From positions 2,886-66,885 of the forward strand of contig JAMOSL010000028.1 of NCBI GenBank assembly GCA_027063105.1: a DNA stretch of 64,000 bases, in the 5' to 3' direction. The DNA is from Campylobacteraceae bacterium. Its GTDB lineage: Bacteria; Campylobacterota; Campylobacteria; Campylobacterales; Sulfurovaceae. Under the pieces are notes generated by a model. The model ran no database searches and had not been told where the DNA came from. It saw nothing but the letters and a program-made list of their open reading frames with translations. The first letter of the stretch is position 1; each line of letters begins with the position of its first letter. The position numbers and the translations under genes are program-made. Below, piece by piece: positions 10,049-20,497 of the stretch.

Positions 10049-12292
10049 TTAACTATCCATTTTTTCTAATTTTGGTTGACTAAATCTATAAGAGGATACC
10101 AAAGTGCTACTTAATCCCATATCGAAAGTAGGATTAATAGCAATAGTTCCTTTCATTAATGTATCAATCTTAAACACTCTTTCATAATTAACGCCATTTA
10201 AAGTAAATTTAATTTTATCTTTATCTTTTAATTTTGCTACTGTGGCAAATTGAGAAGAACCCTTTAATACAGTTTCATTACTTAGATATTCACTTTTATT
10301 TGTAAATGCAGAAAACTGTGTTCCCTTATTACAATTATAGATTACACTGCCATCATAAGTTGGAAGAGTTGAAATTTCATCTAAATCTAAATTTTGTTCA
10401 TGATTGACTATATCTAATAAATATCCTCTATGCTCATTACCTATACTATCAAAATAATCTGGTAATTCATCAAATTTAATTGATTTATAACCATTCTTAA
10501 TAGGCAGATGAGGTGTATAATCTATTGTATATTTATTATTTAAACCTAAAGCATTTGCAATATCATTTAATACATATCCATGATACTCTAATCCTACATT
10601 TGTTGGAACAACTCTCTTATCAACAGTTGTAAAAGTTCCTTCTTGTTGATTAAGAGCAGGTATATCTAAATCAGTATTACCTAAAGCACTCAATACAAAA
10701 TCTCCTTCTGTATTATAACCGATTGTGTACCCATTTACCTCATCACTAAGGTCGCATATTAAAGAAACACCTAAAGCATTAGTAGCAGGTGGAACTATAA
10801 GAACTTCAAAGTTAGTATGAATTTCTATCAGTCCAAGTAATTTTGCAATATTCTTAGCTTGTGGATGATTATATAAATCTGAACCGATAACTAAACTAAA
10901 TCCAGATTTCCTGTTTAAAGATTTTGATAAATCAGCTAATTCCTCTTCTCCAATATTGCTCTCTGCACTTAGATTTCCAATATCTAAATCATCTAAATAA
11001 TTTTTAATATTCTCATCATCACTATTTATTAAAGTTCTAGCTAAAAGAGCTGTAACACCCTCTTCACTACCAACTTCATACTTAATAAATTGTGTAATAA
11101 TTTCTTTCATTGAATAATCTTCCATTGGATGCATATATATTACTCTAGCTCGTTTTCGTCTACTTGCCATTGTAATATGATATTTAACCATTGGATTATC
11201 ATCATTAATTCTTGAACCTAATACTATGATACCTTGTGATTTAGAGATATTTTCAAGATTTCCACTATATAAGGATTTGCCTGTAATGCTATTAAATTCA
11301 TTTAAAAATTTCTGATAACCTCTAGCTTCATCACATACTAAATTAATATCATATTTTTCTTTTATATTTTGAAGAATTAATGCCTCTTCATTTGTAATAG
11401 TTGCACTAAATCTAATAGTATCAGCTTTTTTAAATGCTTCTACTGCATTATCAAATGCTATTTCATCTTTGGTTACATTATTATTAGCATAATCAAATCC
11501 AAACCTACCAGCACCACAGAGAGATGAAAACTCATAATTATTTGTTACTCGATATATTTTTTTCTCATTATTAAAAATGCTATCTGCTTTAACCTCATAA
11601 CTAAGTTGACAGGCAGAACTACAATGAGAACAACTAGCAGGAATCTTATTTAATTCCCATGCATTTGATGAGTATTTAAAATCTGTACTAACTAATGCTC
11701 CAACAGGACATACAGACATACATTCCCCACAATTACTACAATCTTCATCTAGTTTTGTATTAATAATAGTAGAGTTATATCCACCTGAACTGATTGCTAA
11801 AACATTGTCTCCTACAATTTCGGTACAAACTCTTACACATTTTTCACACATAATACATAAAGATGGGTCATAAGATATAAATCCCCAATCTTGAACTGGT
11901 CTATGTTGCTCTTTAGCCGTAAATGTTTGTTTATCTACCTCAAATTCCATTGTCTTATTTTGTAAATCACACTCTCCACTCTTATCACATACTCCACATT
12001 CTAAAGGGTGATTTACATCATAAAGTTTCATAATATTTTTTCGTTGTTTTTCTATTTCTGGAGTTGAAGTTGTAATAATCGCCCCATTAATAGCTTTTTC
12101 TTGGCAAGATAATATCATCCCTTCAACACCCTCAACGGCAACAACGCACATTCTACAACTAGCAATAGGTGCAACTTTTGTTAAGTAACACATAGTTGGG
12201 ATATAAATATCATTAGCTCTAGCAATATTTAATATTGTATCACCAGCAACACCTTCACAATCCTTACCATTAATTTTAATTGAAATAGACAT
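10049..12292 (-). CDS. Second NuoG-like Fe-S subunit (proximal paralog)
   Basis: 747 aa with the same cluster-ligand layout as the 818-aa protein (CYLTKVAPIASCRMC; HPLECGVCDKSGEC; CIMCEKCVRVC; CSNCGECMSVCP). It aligns with that protein along its whole length by eye. Confidence 0.8.
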   Translation of the reverse strand: MSISIKINGKDCEGVAGDTILNIARANDIYIPTMCYLTKVAPIASCRMCVVAVEGVEGMILSCQEKAINGAIITTSTPEIEKQRKNIMKLYDVNHPLECGVCDKSGECDLQNKTMEFEVDKQTFTAKEQHRPVQDWGFISYDPSLCIMCEKCVRVCTEIVGDNVLAISSGGYNSTIINTKLDEDCSNCGECMSVCPVGALVSTDFKYSSNAWELNKIPASCSHCSSACQLSYEVKADSIFNNEKKIYRVTNNYEFSSLCGAGRFGFDYANNNVTKDEIAFDNAVEAFKKADTIRFSATITNEEALILQNIKEKYDINLVCDEARGYQKFLNEFNSITGKSLYSGNLENISKSQGIIVLGSRINDDNPMVKYHITMASRRKRARVIYMHPMEDYSMKEIITQFIKYEVGSEEGVTALLARTLINSDDENIKNYLDDLDIGNLSAESNIGEEELADLSKSLNRKSGFSLVIGSDLYNHPQAKNIAKLLGLIEIHTNFEVLIVPPATNALGVSLICDLSDEVNGYTIGYNTEGDFVLSALGNTDLDIPALNQQEGTFTTVDKRVVPTNVGLEYHGYVLNDIANALGLNNKYTIDYTPHLPIKNGYKSIKFDELPDYFDSIGNEHRGYLLDIVNHEQNLDLDEISTLPTYDGSVIYNCNKGTQFSAFTNKSEYLSNETVLKGSSQFATVAKLKDKDKIKFTLNGVNYERVFKIDTLMKGTIAINPTFDMGLSSTLVSSYRFSQPKLEKMDS

Positions 12293-12293
12293 A

Positions 12294-14303
12294 TTAGACC
12301 ACCGCCATTGATATATAATAACATCTCATACATCTCTCTGCTTCGCTAATAGCCTCTTCACCAGTAAATCCTAAATTAACTTCTCGATTATTATATTTTC
12401 TTTCATCAGTTTCTAGTTTTTCACTAACTACTCTAGGTAATCCTGGCATCCAACCTGTAACTTTTTCTTTTTTATCGTAAACTTTGAGCTTATTTAAATG
12501 GTCTTCCATTATTTCATCGTCAGTTAGACTAACTTTGCCATCATAAATATATCTAGTAATTACACTAGATGCTCTTTTAGCTTGTCCTACTGCATTAACT
12601 ATAGTCATAGGTCCATATTCACAGTCACCAGATGCAAATAATCCATCTCTACTTGTCATGTAATCTTTACCATTTGTTAAAATTGTATTCCAAGATGTTA
12701 ATTTTAAATCCCACTTTTCTGGTATAAGTTGTAAGTCTGCTGCTTGAGATACGGCAGGAATTAAAAAATCACAATCAATTTCAAAATCACCATCATCTAT
12801 TTTAACAAGTTGAGCTCTACCACCATCAGGGTCTGGAACTAATTCGAACTTGTTAATTAATAATTTCGTTATCTGATTATTTTCATCGAATATCTCTTCA
12901 ACAGCAGAGTGGAATATAAACTCAACACCCTCTTCAACTGCTTCATGATACTCTTCGTAAGTTGTATTTCTAATAATTGTTTTTTCATCTCTACGATAAA
13001 TCATAATTACTTTTTTCGCACCTTCACGAATAGAACATCTGACAACATCCATAGATGTAAATCCACCACCAACACATACAACTGTTTTATCTTTTAAGTC
13101 ATCAGAAGCAGATGAACCAATGCCATATTTAGTCCAAAGATTAACTTTATCAAGCATATCAATAGCACCCCAATAACCATCCATATCTGATTTTTCGTTT
13201 TTAGCTCTAACTTTTTTTGATAATCTTGTTCCAAAAGCTAACATAGTTGCATCATATTCTGCATCTATCTCTTCTAATCTTTTATCATCTACTCTATGGT
13301 TTGCATATACAGTTACTGCTTCCATAGAAGTAACAAGTTCAATATCTTTGTTATATTTATCTATTGGCATACGATACTCTGGAACACCAACAGCTACTTC
13401 ACCACCTAAAACAGGAAGTTCTTCAAAAATATCAACTTTAATACCTTCTAATGCTAAATAGTATGCAGTAGTTAAACCAGCTGGTCCAGCTCCAATAATC
13501 GCTACTTTTTTACCATCATTTTTAAGAGGTTTTGGTTCATATGGGTGTTGCCAATCTAATCCGTGGTCTGTCTCATAATCAGCACCTAATCTTTTAAGTT
13601 CCATAATTGATATTGGTTCATCAAGATTTGTTCGTCTACAAGCATCTTCACAAGGGTGTGGACATACTCTACCACATGTATGAGCTAAAGGCATAGTCTG
13701 TCTAGTTGCACCTAAAGATTCAGTGAATACCATATCTCTTACACCCTCAATATATGCAGGAATATCAACATGAGCAGGACACATATCAGTACAAGGTGCT
13801 GTCACCTTTGCAATATAATTTATATCTTGATCATAGTGTTTTGATTGCTCTTGATTATCAATACATTTATCAAATTGCTCTTTATAATGTTTCATTAAAT
13901 CTAATATTGGTTTAGGTACAGTTCTACCTATTTCACATTTAGACGTTACCATCATAGTTTCACTAACTTCTGTTAAATGTTCTATATCTTCATGACTTCC
14001 ATCACCTCTTGCTATTTTATCTAATAGGTCAAAGAGAATTCTACCACCCCATCTACCAGGAGCACATCTACCACAAGCTTCAGAGTATACTTGATATTGA
14101 GCTGCATATTCTGTAGCCAATCTAACAGCATCAACATCCTCTTGGAATATTGCTACACCGTCCCATCCAATAAATGCCTTTGAGCTTCTATCAGCAGTGT
14201 AATCCTCAGGGAGTTTGAATGCAGAGCTACTCCACTCTTCAGATGATTTACCTCTATTGTCAATAAATTCATCTTGCCAAGTAGAGAAAACAACAGCAGA
14301 CAT
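12294..14303 (-). CDS. Protein in the nuoF slot: NuoF-C-terminal-like Fe-S segment fused to a GltD/SudA-type FAD/NAD(P)H oxidoreductase
   Basis: 669 aa. EACGRCAPGRWGG...SKCEIG resembles the NuoF N3-cluster region with the third Cys replaced by Gly. PCTDMCPAHVDIPAYI and CGRVCPHPCEDAC are GltD/DPD domain-II-type motifs. There are two GxGxxG motifs (VAIIGAGPAGL, VVCVGGGFTSMD) and a terminal CMRC. It shares a TAATG overlap with the upstream 100-aa gene. Confidence 0.8.
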   Translation of the reverse strand: MSAVVFSTWQDEFIDNRGKSSEEWSSSAFKLPEDYTADRSSKAFIGWDGVAIFQEDVDAVRLATEYAAQYQVYSEACGRCAPGRWGGRILFDLLDKIARGDGSHEDIEHLTEVSETMMVTSKCEIGRTVPKPILDLMKHYKEQFDKCIDNQEQSKHYDQDINYIAKVTAPCTDMCPAHVDIPAYIEGVRDMVFTESLGATRQTMPLAHTCGRVCPHPCEDACRRTNLDEPISIMELKRLGADYETDHGLDWQHPYEPKPLKNDGKKVAIIGAGPAGLTTAYYLALEGIKVDIFEELPVLGGEVAVGVPEYRMPIDKYNKDIELVTSMEAVTVYANHRVDDKRLEEIDAEYDATMLAFGTRLSKKVRAKNEKSDMDGYWGAIDMLDKVNLWTKYGIGSSASDDLKDKTVVCVGGGFTSMDVVRCSIREGAKKVIMIYRRDEKTIIRNTTYEEYHEAVEEGVEFIFHSAVEEIFDENNQITKLLINKFELVPDPDGGRAQLVKIDDGDFEIDCDFLIPAVSQAADLQLIPEKWDLKLTSWNTILTNGKDYMTSRDGLFASGDCEYGPMTIVNAVGQAKRASSVITRYIYDGKVSLTDDEIMEDHLNKLKVYDKKEKVTGWMPGLPRVVSEKLETDERKYNNREVNLGFTGEEAISEAERCMRCYYISMAVV

Positions 14304-14605
14304 TACTTAGCCTTCTCTTCATCAGTCTGGGAGGACTTTCTTAATGCTATATTTTGACGAGCTTCTTTTGTTGCTTCATCGGCTTTCTTAACAACAATAG
14401 TCCAATCAACTTCATTAAATTTTAGTGAATTCATTAAATCATGACCTTGCTCTTTTATAACATCTGCACTTTTTTGAATAGATGAGAAATCATCAATTTC
14501 AAAGAGGAAGATACCAACCTCTGCAACTTTTAAATCTGTATCAATAAGCTCTACCATTCTATCATAAAATTCATCTTTCAAATGTCTTAAATCATATCGT
14601 TTCAT
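14303..14605 (-). CDS. Small Cys-free protein in the nuoE slot
   Basis: 100 aa with no cysteine, so it cannot bind the NuoE 2Fe-2S cluster. It sits 9 nt after nuoD and overlaps the next gene by 1 nt. Confidence 0.6.
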   Translation of the reverse strand: MKRYDLRHLKDEFYDRMVELIDTDLKVAEVGIFLFEIDDFSSIQKSADVIKEQGHDLMNSLKFNEVDWTIVVKKADEATKEARQNIALRKSSQTDEEKAK

Positions 14606-14614
14606 TGTACCTCC

Positions 14615-15844
14615 TTAACGGTCAACTTCACCAAATACAATATTGGTACTACCAATAATGGTTACAACATCAGCTATATATGTTCCTACTAAAATTTCTT
14701 GAAGTAGTCCTGTGTGGAAGAAGCTAGGAGCTCTACATTTTAATCTATATGCGTAAGGCTCTCCTTCTGATTTAATATAGAAACCTAATTCACCTTTTGG
14801 AGATTCTGTTGGTGCATATACCTCTCCAACTGGTGGTCTCATACCTTGTGTTACAAGCACAAAATGTTGCATTAAGGCATAATTCTGTGTCATAATTTCC
14901 TCTTTTGGTGCAGATATATATTGTGGAGAGTGTGCCATTAGTTTAGGTTCTGTTTTACTATGCATTGGAATAAGTTGTCTAAGAATTCTAACAGATTGTC
15001 TCATCTCTTCCATATATAAAGAATATCGTCCATAACTATCACATTTATCAGATACAGGAATATCAAAATCTAGTTCTCCATATAACTCATAAGGTTCTTC
15101 TTTACGAATATCATATTTAACTCCACTACCTCTTAACATCACCCCTGTACAGCCCCAAGATTGAGCATCTTCAGCACTAATAACACCAACATCTTCTAAA
15201 CGCATTTTCCAAATTCTGTTTTCTGTTAAAAGTGCTTCATAAGTATGTTCTATCTCATGATTTATTTTTGTACAGAATTTAGATAAATCTGTTAGCCATC
15301 TATTTGGTAAATCTAATGGAACACCACCTATTCTAACAGCAGAGTGAGTTAATCTAGCTCCACAATAATCTTCCATTAAATCCATTGCGAATTCTCTTTC
15401 ACGGAAAGCATATAAGAATACACTCATCGCTCCGACATCAAGTGCATGAGTTGCAACAAAGAATAAATGTGAAATAATACGGTTTAATTCAAGAAGCATA
15501 GTTCTAATAACTTGAGCTCTTCTAGGAACTTCAAGACCTAATAATCTCTCTACACTTAGGGCATAAGCATAATTATTTGAAGTTGAAGCTATATAATCTA
15601 ATCTATCAGTTGTTGGTAGAAATTCATTATATGTCATATTTTCGGCCATCTTTTCGATACCACGATGTAGATACCCAATATCAGGATAGGCTTTTTTAAC
15701 TAATTCACCCTCTAGTTCCAACACCAATCTAAGCTGACCATGAGCTGATGGATGTTGAGGACCAAAGTTGATAACCATAGTATTGTCATCTCTTTCAAAG
15801 TTTAGGTTTTCAAAGAATGGGGTTAATTTATTGGTTACTTGCAT
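14615..15844 (-). CDS. nuoD: NADH-quinone oxidoreductase subunit D
   Basis: 409 aa with the [14 protein letters not shown] signature; 49-kDa-subunit-like throughout. Confidence 0.93.
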   Translation of the reverse strand: MQVTNKLTPFFENLNFERDDNTMVINFGPQHPSAHGQLRLVLELEGELVKKAYPDIGYLHRGIEKMAENMTYNEFLPTTDRLDYIASTSNNYAYALSVERLLGLEVPRRAQVIRTMLLELNRIISHLFFVATHALDVGAMSVFLYAFREREFAMDLMEDYCGARLTHSAVRIGGVPLDLPNRWLTDLSKFCTKINHEIEHTYEALLTENRIWKMRLEDVGVISAEDAQSWGCTGVMLRGSGVKYDIRKEEPYELYGELDFDIPVSDKCDSYGRYSLYMEEMRQSVRILRQLIPMHSKTEPKLMAHSPQYISAPKEEIMTQNYALMQHFVLVTQGMRPPVGEVYAPTESPKGELGFYIKSEGEPYAYRLKCRAPSFFHTGLLQEILVGTYIADVVTIIGSTNIVFGEVDR

Positions 15845-15853
15845 ATTCTCTCC

Positions 15854-16645
15854 CTACTTTCTTTTACTTAAAGTTTTTGTACCTGTTGTATAGTCAACCA
15901 TAAATGTTTTACTATAAGCTATTGGATTTTCTTCTTCTTTATCTTTATTGATTTCTGAACCAAATGGAACTTCGTATCCGACTCTTGAGAACCTTTGACC
16001 ATCATATCTGTCTACATTAGATGGGTCTCTATTCTCTGGACCAATAACATCTCTATATTCTTTTCCAAATATTTTATCAACCTCATACCATGAAGCAAAC
16101 TCATCTCCTTGGAGTGGATATGTCTTAAGTAGAGGGTGACCTTCCCAATCATCTGGCATAAGAATTCTTTTTAAGAAAGGATGATTATTTGCTTTTATGC
16201 CAAACATATCAAACATTTCTCTCTCTGCAAAGTTCGCACTTTTGAAAAGACTAACAACTGATTTAACAGCTTCTTCTGGTTGAATACGACAGACAATTCT
16301 AACTCTTTTTGCCTCATTAAGATTTAACATTTGATAAAAAACTTCAAATTCTTTATCTTTTGCTAAATAATCAACTGCACTCATTTCGCTTAACATTGTA
16401 TATCCAGACTCATTTTTAAGAGTCTCTAATGCTTTAAAGTTATCTGTCGAATTAATAACTATTCTTAATTGTCCAAGCTCTATAGCAAATTCTTTAAGTT
16501 CAATAACATCTGACAGAGTTTTTACAACGCTATCAAAGTGTGAACCCTCTTCAACCATTTCTTTTGGAACTCGTGGAGCTACCCAAAATCTATCTGTATA
16601 ATAAGACTTTTTTTGAACATCATCTTTTGGTACATATTTTCTCAT
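15854..16645 (-). CDS. nuoC: NADH-quinone oxidoreductase subunit C
   Basis: 263 aa with 30-kDa-subunit motifs (FAEREMFDMFGI..F..HP). Operon position fits. Confidence 0.9.
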   Translation of the reverse strand: MRKYVPKDDVQKKSYYTDRFWVAPRVPKEMVEEGSHFDSVVKTLSDVIELKEFAIELGQLRIVINSTDNFKALETLKNESGYTMLSEMSAVDYLAKDKEFEVFYQMLNLNEAKRVRIVCRIQPEEAVKSVVSLFKSANFAEREMFDMFGIKANNHPFLKRILMPDDWEGHPLLKTYPLQGDEFASWYEVDKIFGKEYRDVIGPENRDPSNVDRYDGQRFSRVGYEVPFGSEINKDKEEENPIAYSKTFMVDYTTGTKTLSKRK

Positions 16646-16646
16646 A

Positions 16647-17159
16647 TTAAACTATCCTCTGCTTAACATTTTTTTTCATATCTGCTGACTCTCTTCTAAT
16701 TTTCTTTTGAAGCATCATCATTGCATATTGAAGGGTTTCTGGACGAGGTGCACAGCCTGGAAGATATATATCAACTGGAACAATTCTGTCAACACCTTGA
16801 ACTGTTGCATAAGTATTAAACATACCACCTGTATTTGCACAACTTCCCATAGATATAACCCATTTAGGTTCACTCATTTGGTCATATAGTCTTCTAGCAA
16901 ATTCAGCATGTTTCTTAGATAAAGTTCCAGCCAATATCATAACATCAGCTTGTCTAGGAGAGGCTCTAAAAATAGTACCCATTCTGTCAAAGTCATATCT
17001 ACTAGCACCTGATGCCATCATTTCAATAGCACAACAAGCCAAACCATAAGTTAAGGGCCACAAAGAGTTACTTCGTCCCCAGTTTACAAGTTTATCAACC
17101 GAAGTTAACGCTATTGGTAATCCAGCTGAACTGGCATAATTTACTTGATGTTGTGCCAT
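16647..17159 (-). CDS. nuoB: NADH-quinone oxidoreductase subunit B
   Basis: 170 aa with [10 protein letters not shown]...GSCANTGG...PGCAPRPE, the N2-cluster ligands. Confidence 0.93.
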   Translation of the reverse strand: MAQHQVNYASSAGLPIALTSVDKLVNWGRSNSLWPLTYGLACCAIEMMASGASRYDFDRMGTIFRASPRQADVMILAGTLSKKHAEFARRLYDQMSEPKWVISMGSCANTGGMFNTYATVQGVDRIVPVDIYLPGCAPRPETLQYAMMMLQKKIRRESADMKKNVKQRIV

Positions 17160-17530
17160 TCAAGTGCTCCTTTTTTCCATGCATAGACGAAACCTATCGT
17201 CAAAAGTAATATAAACAGAATCATCTCTGCAAAACCGAACCAACCAAGCAATTTAAAATCTATTGCCCATGGAAACATAAATATAATCTCTACATCAAAA
17301 AGAATAAAAAGTAGAGCAATCAAATAAAACTGAATTGAAATAACATTTGGTTGTTTTGTTACCTCAGGCCCACATTCATAAATTGATAATTTTAGCTTCT
17401 GCGTATCAAGCCTTGCCAATTTCCGACTTACAATTCTAGCTAATGCTAAAGTTGCAGGGAAAGCAATAGCTGTCATTGCAAATAGAATAAAAACACCAAA
17501 ATATGGATGTTCTGTTACCACATGAGTCAT
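17141..17530 (-). CDS. nuoA: NADH-quinone oxidoreductase subunit A
   Basis: 129-aa, three-helix ND3-like protein ([15 protein letters not shown]). First gene of the operon. Confidence 0.9.
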   Translation of the reverse strand: MTHVVTEHPYFGVFILFAMTAIAFPATLALARIVSRKLARLDTQKLKLSIYECGPEVTKQPNVISIQFYLIALLFILFDVEIIFMFPWAIDFKLLGWFGFAEMILFILLLTIGFVYAWKKGALEWHNIK

Positions 17531-17720
17531 TATAACCCCTTTCCTATAACGAGAATAATCTCAGAGAATTTTGCTTAATCATAACAAAAAAGAGGTTAAA
17601 GTGTTGATAGTATATTATTATCAAATCATTACTTTTTTTAGTGTAACAATGTGAAACAAGAAATTAGCATAAAAAGGCAATAAAAGCACAATCAATGCTA
17701 TATATTCTCATGATTGGATA

Positions 17721-19376
17721 TTAAATGAGTTTCTCAAAGGTAACTAATTCACCTCTTTTGAGTCTTGGAATTATATCATTTCTTATTTTACGAATTAGAA
17801 AACTTTTTTTATTGAAATCTATCATATTATTACTTGCTATATCTTTTAAAACTTTTGAATAGTATCTTTGCAAAATCCATAAAAGACTTTTATTTAAACC
17901 CATTTCATCCATTATTTTAATATTTTCATCAATGATTAGACCCATAAGAATAGGGTCTTTATATTCCTTTTTTATAATTAAATCAAATATATTTTGATAA
18001 TCTCCAAAAAAGCTTTTATCAATTACATTTAAAACATTATCAGCCAATGCTGGTTTATCCAAAATAGTTTTTAAAATATTCTGTAATTCAATTTTATCTA
18101 TATTATTAGAAAAACTTTTTTGAACTTTTGAAATATCTACTGACTTCCCGAATAGGATAGGGGAAACTCCTAAATATGTTGATGCCATTGGAATATAAAA
18201 ATCTTGCATAATAGGGCTAAGTGAAAATAGATACCCCTTTATCTCTTTAAATGCTTCCTCTTTATCTCTTGGATTATAAAGATCATATTTTTTTGTCGTT
18301 GCCTCTAATATGAATGGAATTAATGGTATGGCCTCTCTTAAAAGTTTAGCAACAATATCACTCTTCCCTTGTGAAATCATATCTGCTGGATCTTGACCAT
18401 CTGGGAATAAAACAATACCTCCATCAAATCCAGAGATTGTAAGCATTTTAGATGCTTTTAATCCAGCCCCAATACCTGCTTTATCACCATCATATGCTAG
18501 TATGATATATGGTGAACCTTTTCTTAACAGAGGTAAATGTTCAGCAGTTAGTGCTGTTCCTAGAGTTGCTACAGCCTCTGTAAATCCTGCTTGATGAAAA
18601 CTAATGACATCTAAATAGCCTTCGCAAACAATTAGCTTTTTATTTTTATAAATAGATTCTTTTGCTTTATGATAGCCATATAATAATCTTGATTTGTTAA
18701 ATAGTTTTGTTTGAGGTGAATTTATATATTTAGCTGGATGATTACCTAGAGTTCTTCCACCAAATCCAACTATCGAACCATTAGATGAATATATAGGAAA
18801 TATAACTCTCTCAACAAGCCTTGCATAAAATTCGCCTCTTTCACCTTTTGCAATAACTCCAGACTCTTCGGCTTTTGGAAATGGAAAAAGATTTGATGAT
18901 AAAAAGTTTAAGACATTTTGACCTTTTCCAACATATCCAATCTCAAATTTTTCAATAGAACTGTTTGTTATTCCTCTATTATATAAATACTCTTTTGCCT
19001 CTTTATTTAAATCCAAATTCTTTACATACCATTTTTGAACACTTTCTAAAACTCGTTTAGATTCACTATAATCACTACTTCCTTTTGTATATTGCAGAGT
19101 AAAATTATAAGTAGATGCGACCTTTTCTATAGCTTCTGGATAACTAAGCTTCTCTATTTCCATTACAAATTTAATAGCATCGCCACCAACACCACAACCA
19201 AAGCAGTGATATATTTGCTTAGAAGGACTTACTACAAAGCTAGGAGTTTTCTCTCCATGAAATGGGCAATTTGCTTTAAAATTTGCTCCAGCTTTTTTTA
19301 GTTCAATATAGTTACCAATTACATCTATAATATCAACTGTACTTTTTAATATTTCTATTGAGTTATTTTCTATCAT
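17721..19376 (-). CDS. dnaG: DNA primase
   Basis: 551 aa with a zinc-ribbon (CPFHGEKTPSFVVSPSKQIYHCFGCG) and a TOPRIM region (VCEGYLDVIS...YDGDKAG). Confidence 0.92.
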   Translation of the reverse strand: MIENNSIEILKSTVDIIDVIGNYIELKKAGANFKANCPFHGEKTPSFVVSPSKQIYHCFGCGVGGDAIKFVMEIEKLSYPEAIEKVASTYNFTLQYTKGSSDYSESKRVLESVQKWYVKNLDLNKEAKEYLYNRGITNSSIEKFEIGYVGKGQNVLNFLSSNLFPFPKAEESGVIAKGERGEFYARLVERVIFPIYSSNGSIVGFGGRTLGNHPAKYINSPQTKLFNKSRLLYGYHKAKESIYKNKKLIVCEGYLDVISFHQAGFTEAVATLGTALTAEHLPLLRKGSPYIILAYDGDKAGIGAGLKASKMLTISGFDGGIVLFPDGQDPADMISQGKSDIVAKLLREAIPLIPFILEATTKKYDLYNPRDKEEAFKEIKGYLFSLSPIMQDFYIPMASTYLGVSPILFGKSVDISKVQKSFSNNIDKIELQNILKTILDKPALADNVLNVIDKSFFGDYQNIFDLIIKKEYKDPILMGLIIDENIKIMDEMGLNKSLLWILQRYYSKVLKDIASNNMIDFNKKSFLIRKIRNDIIPRLKRGELVTFEKLI

Positions 19377-19400
19377 TTAGAAATTATACTATAATCTTAG

Positions 19401-20429
19401 TTACTCCTCAATATTTAATAATTGATCTTTATAGAGTTTTGTAAAGATTTGATAAAAAATTAATATAATAAATATAAATATAATTAATCCCCAAAATCCA
19501 TCTTCTATATTACTAAAAATAAATATTCCTAGTAATGTAAAAAATATTTGAATAAGATATAGGACTATCACTGTAATTTTTATATTATTGTTAAATATAT
19601 TTAATAAAATATGATGAATATGACTTTTATCAGCTTTAAATGGAGATTGACCATGACTTATACGCCTAATAAATACAATAATAGTATCTAATATTGGTAA
19701 AGCAGATAGATAAAATATACTAATAGGATGAATATGTGTTATTGCTTTTATACTTAGCATAGATATTATAAAACCAAGCATTAAACTCCCACTATCTCCC
19801 ATAAAAATAGATGCTGGATTCCAATTTAATATTAAAAATCCAAATAATGCAAAAATTGTTGATATACTAAGTATAAAGATAAAATTATCATTATTTGAGT
19901 ATCCAATATATGCTAACGATGATATTATTATTAATGCTATTCCACCACTTAACCCATCTAATCCATCTATAAGATTGAAAGCATTCGTGAAACTTACAAC
20001 AGCAATTAGAGTAAATGGAAATGCAAAATATCCTAAGCTTAAAGTCTCACCTAAATATATTCCTAATATGTCAATTCTAATATCATTTAATGATAATAGT
20101 GCAGTAGCACTTGTTATAACAAAAAGTTTTATCTTTGGAGAAACTTCGTTAATATCATCCCAAATACCTATGAAAAATACACCTAATATAGCACTGAATG
20201 CCCATAAATATGATTGAAAAATAGATATATAAAAAAATGGAGCAATGGTAAAGACACTTAAAAAAATTCCTATACCAGCCCCTCTCGGTGTTATCTTTAT
20301 ATGAGAACTTCTTTCATTTGGTATATCTATAAGGTTAAAATATTTGGCATAACTTATAATTATTTTTATAAAAATAATTGAAAATAAAAAAGATAAAAAT
20401 GACATTATATAAAGTTTTGTTTCTATCAA
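19401..20429 (-). CDS. Polyprenyl-phosphate sugar-1-phosphate transferase (MraY/WecA family, GT4)
   Basis: 342-aa polytopic protein with the NLIDGLDGL and FMGDSGS motifs typical of WecA/MraY. Confidence 0.8.
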   Translation of the reverse strand: MIETKLYIMSFLSFLFSIIFIKIIISYAKYFNLIDIPNERSSHIKITPRGAGIGIFLSVFTIAPFFYISIFQSYLWAFSAILGVFFIGIWDDINEVSPKIKLFVITSATALLSLNDIRIDILGIYLGETLSLGYFAFPFTLIAVVSFTNAFNLIDGLDGLSGGIALIIISSLAYIGYSNNDNFIFILSISTIFALFGFLILNWNPASIFMGDSGSLMLGFIISMLSIKAITHIHPISIFYLSALPILDTIIVFIRRISHGQSPFKADKSHIHHILLNIFNNNIKITVIVLYLIQIFFTLLGIFIFSNIEDGFWGLIIFIFIILIFYQIFTKLYKDQLLNIEE

Positions 20430-20497
20430 AAAATACTCCTTAGCTTAAGATATTTATTATAGCCAAAAAAGAATGAGAATAGATAATTAGAGTAATA

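Noticed and set aside
17531-17720. 190-nt region upstream of nuoA, examined for a specific promoter, operator or small RNA.
   Set aside because: Several weak -10-like hexamers are present (TAATAT, TATGAT) but none is distinctive, and I found no palindrome or conserved box. The promoter is certainly here, but I cannot place it.
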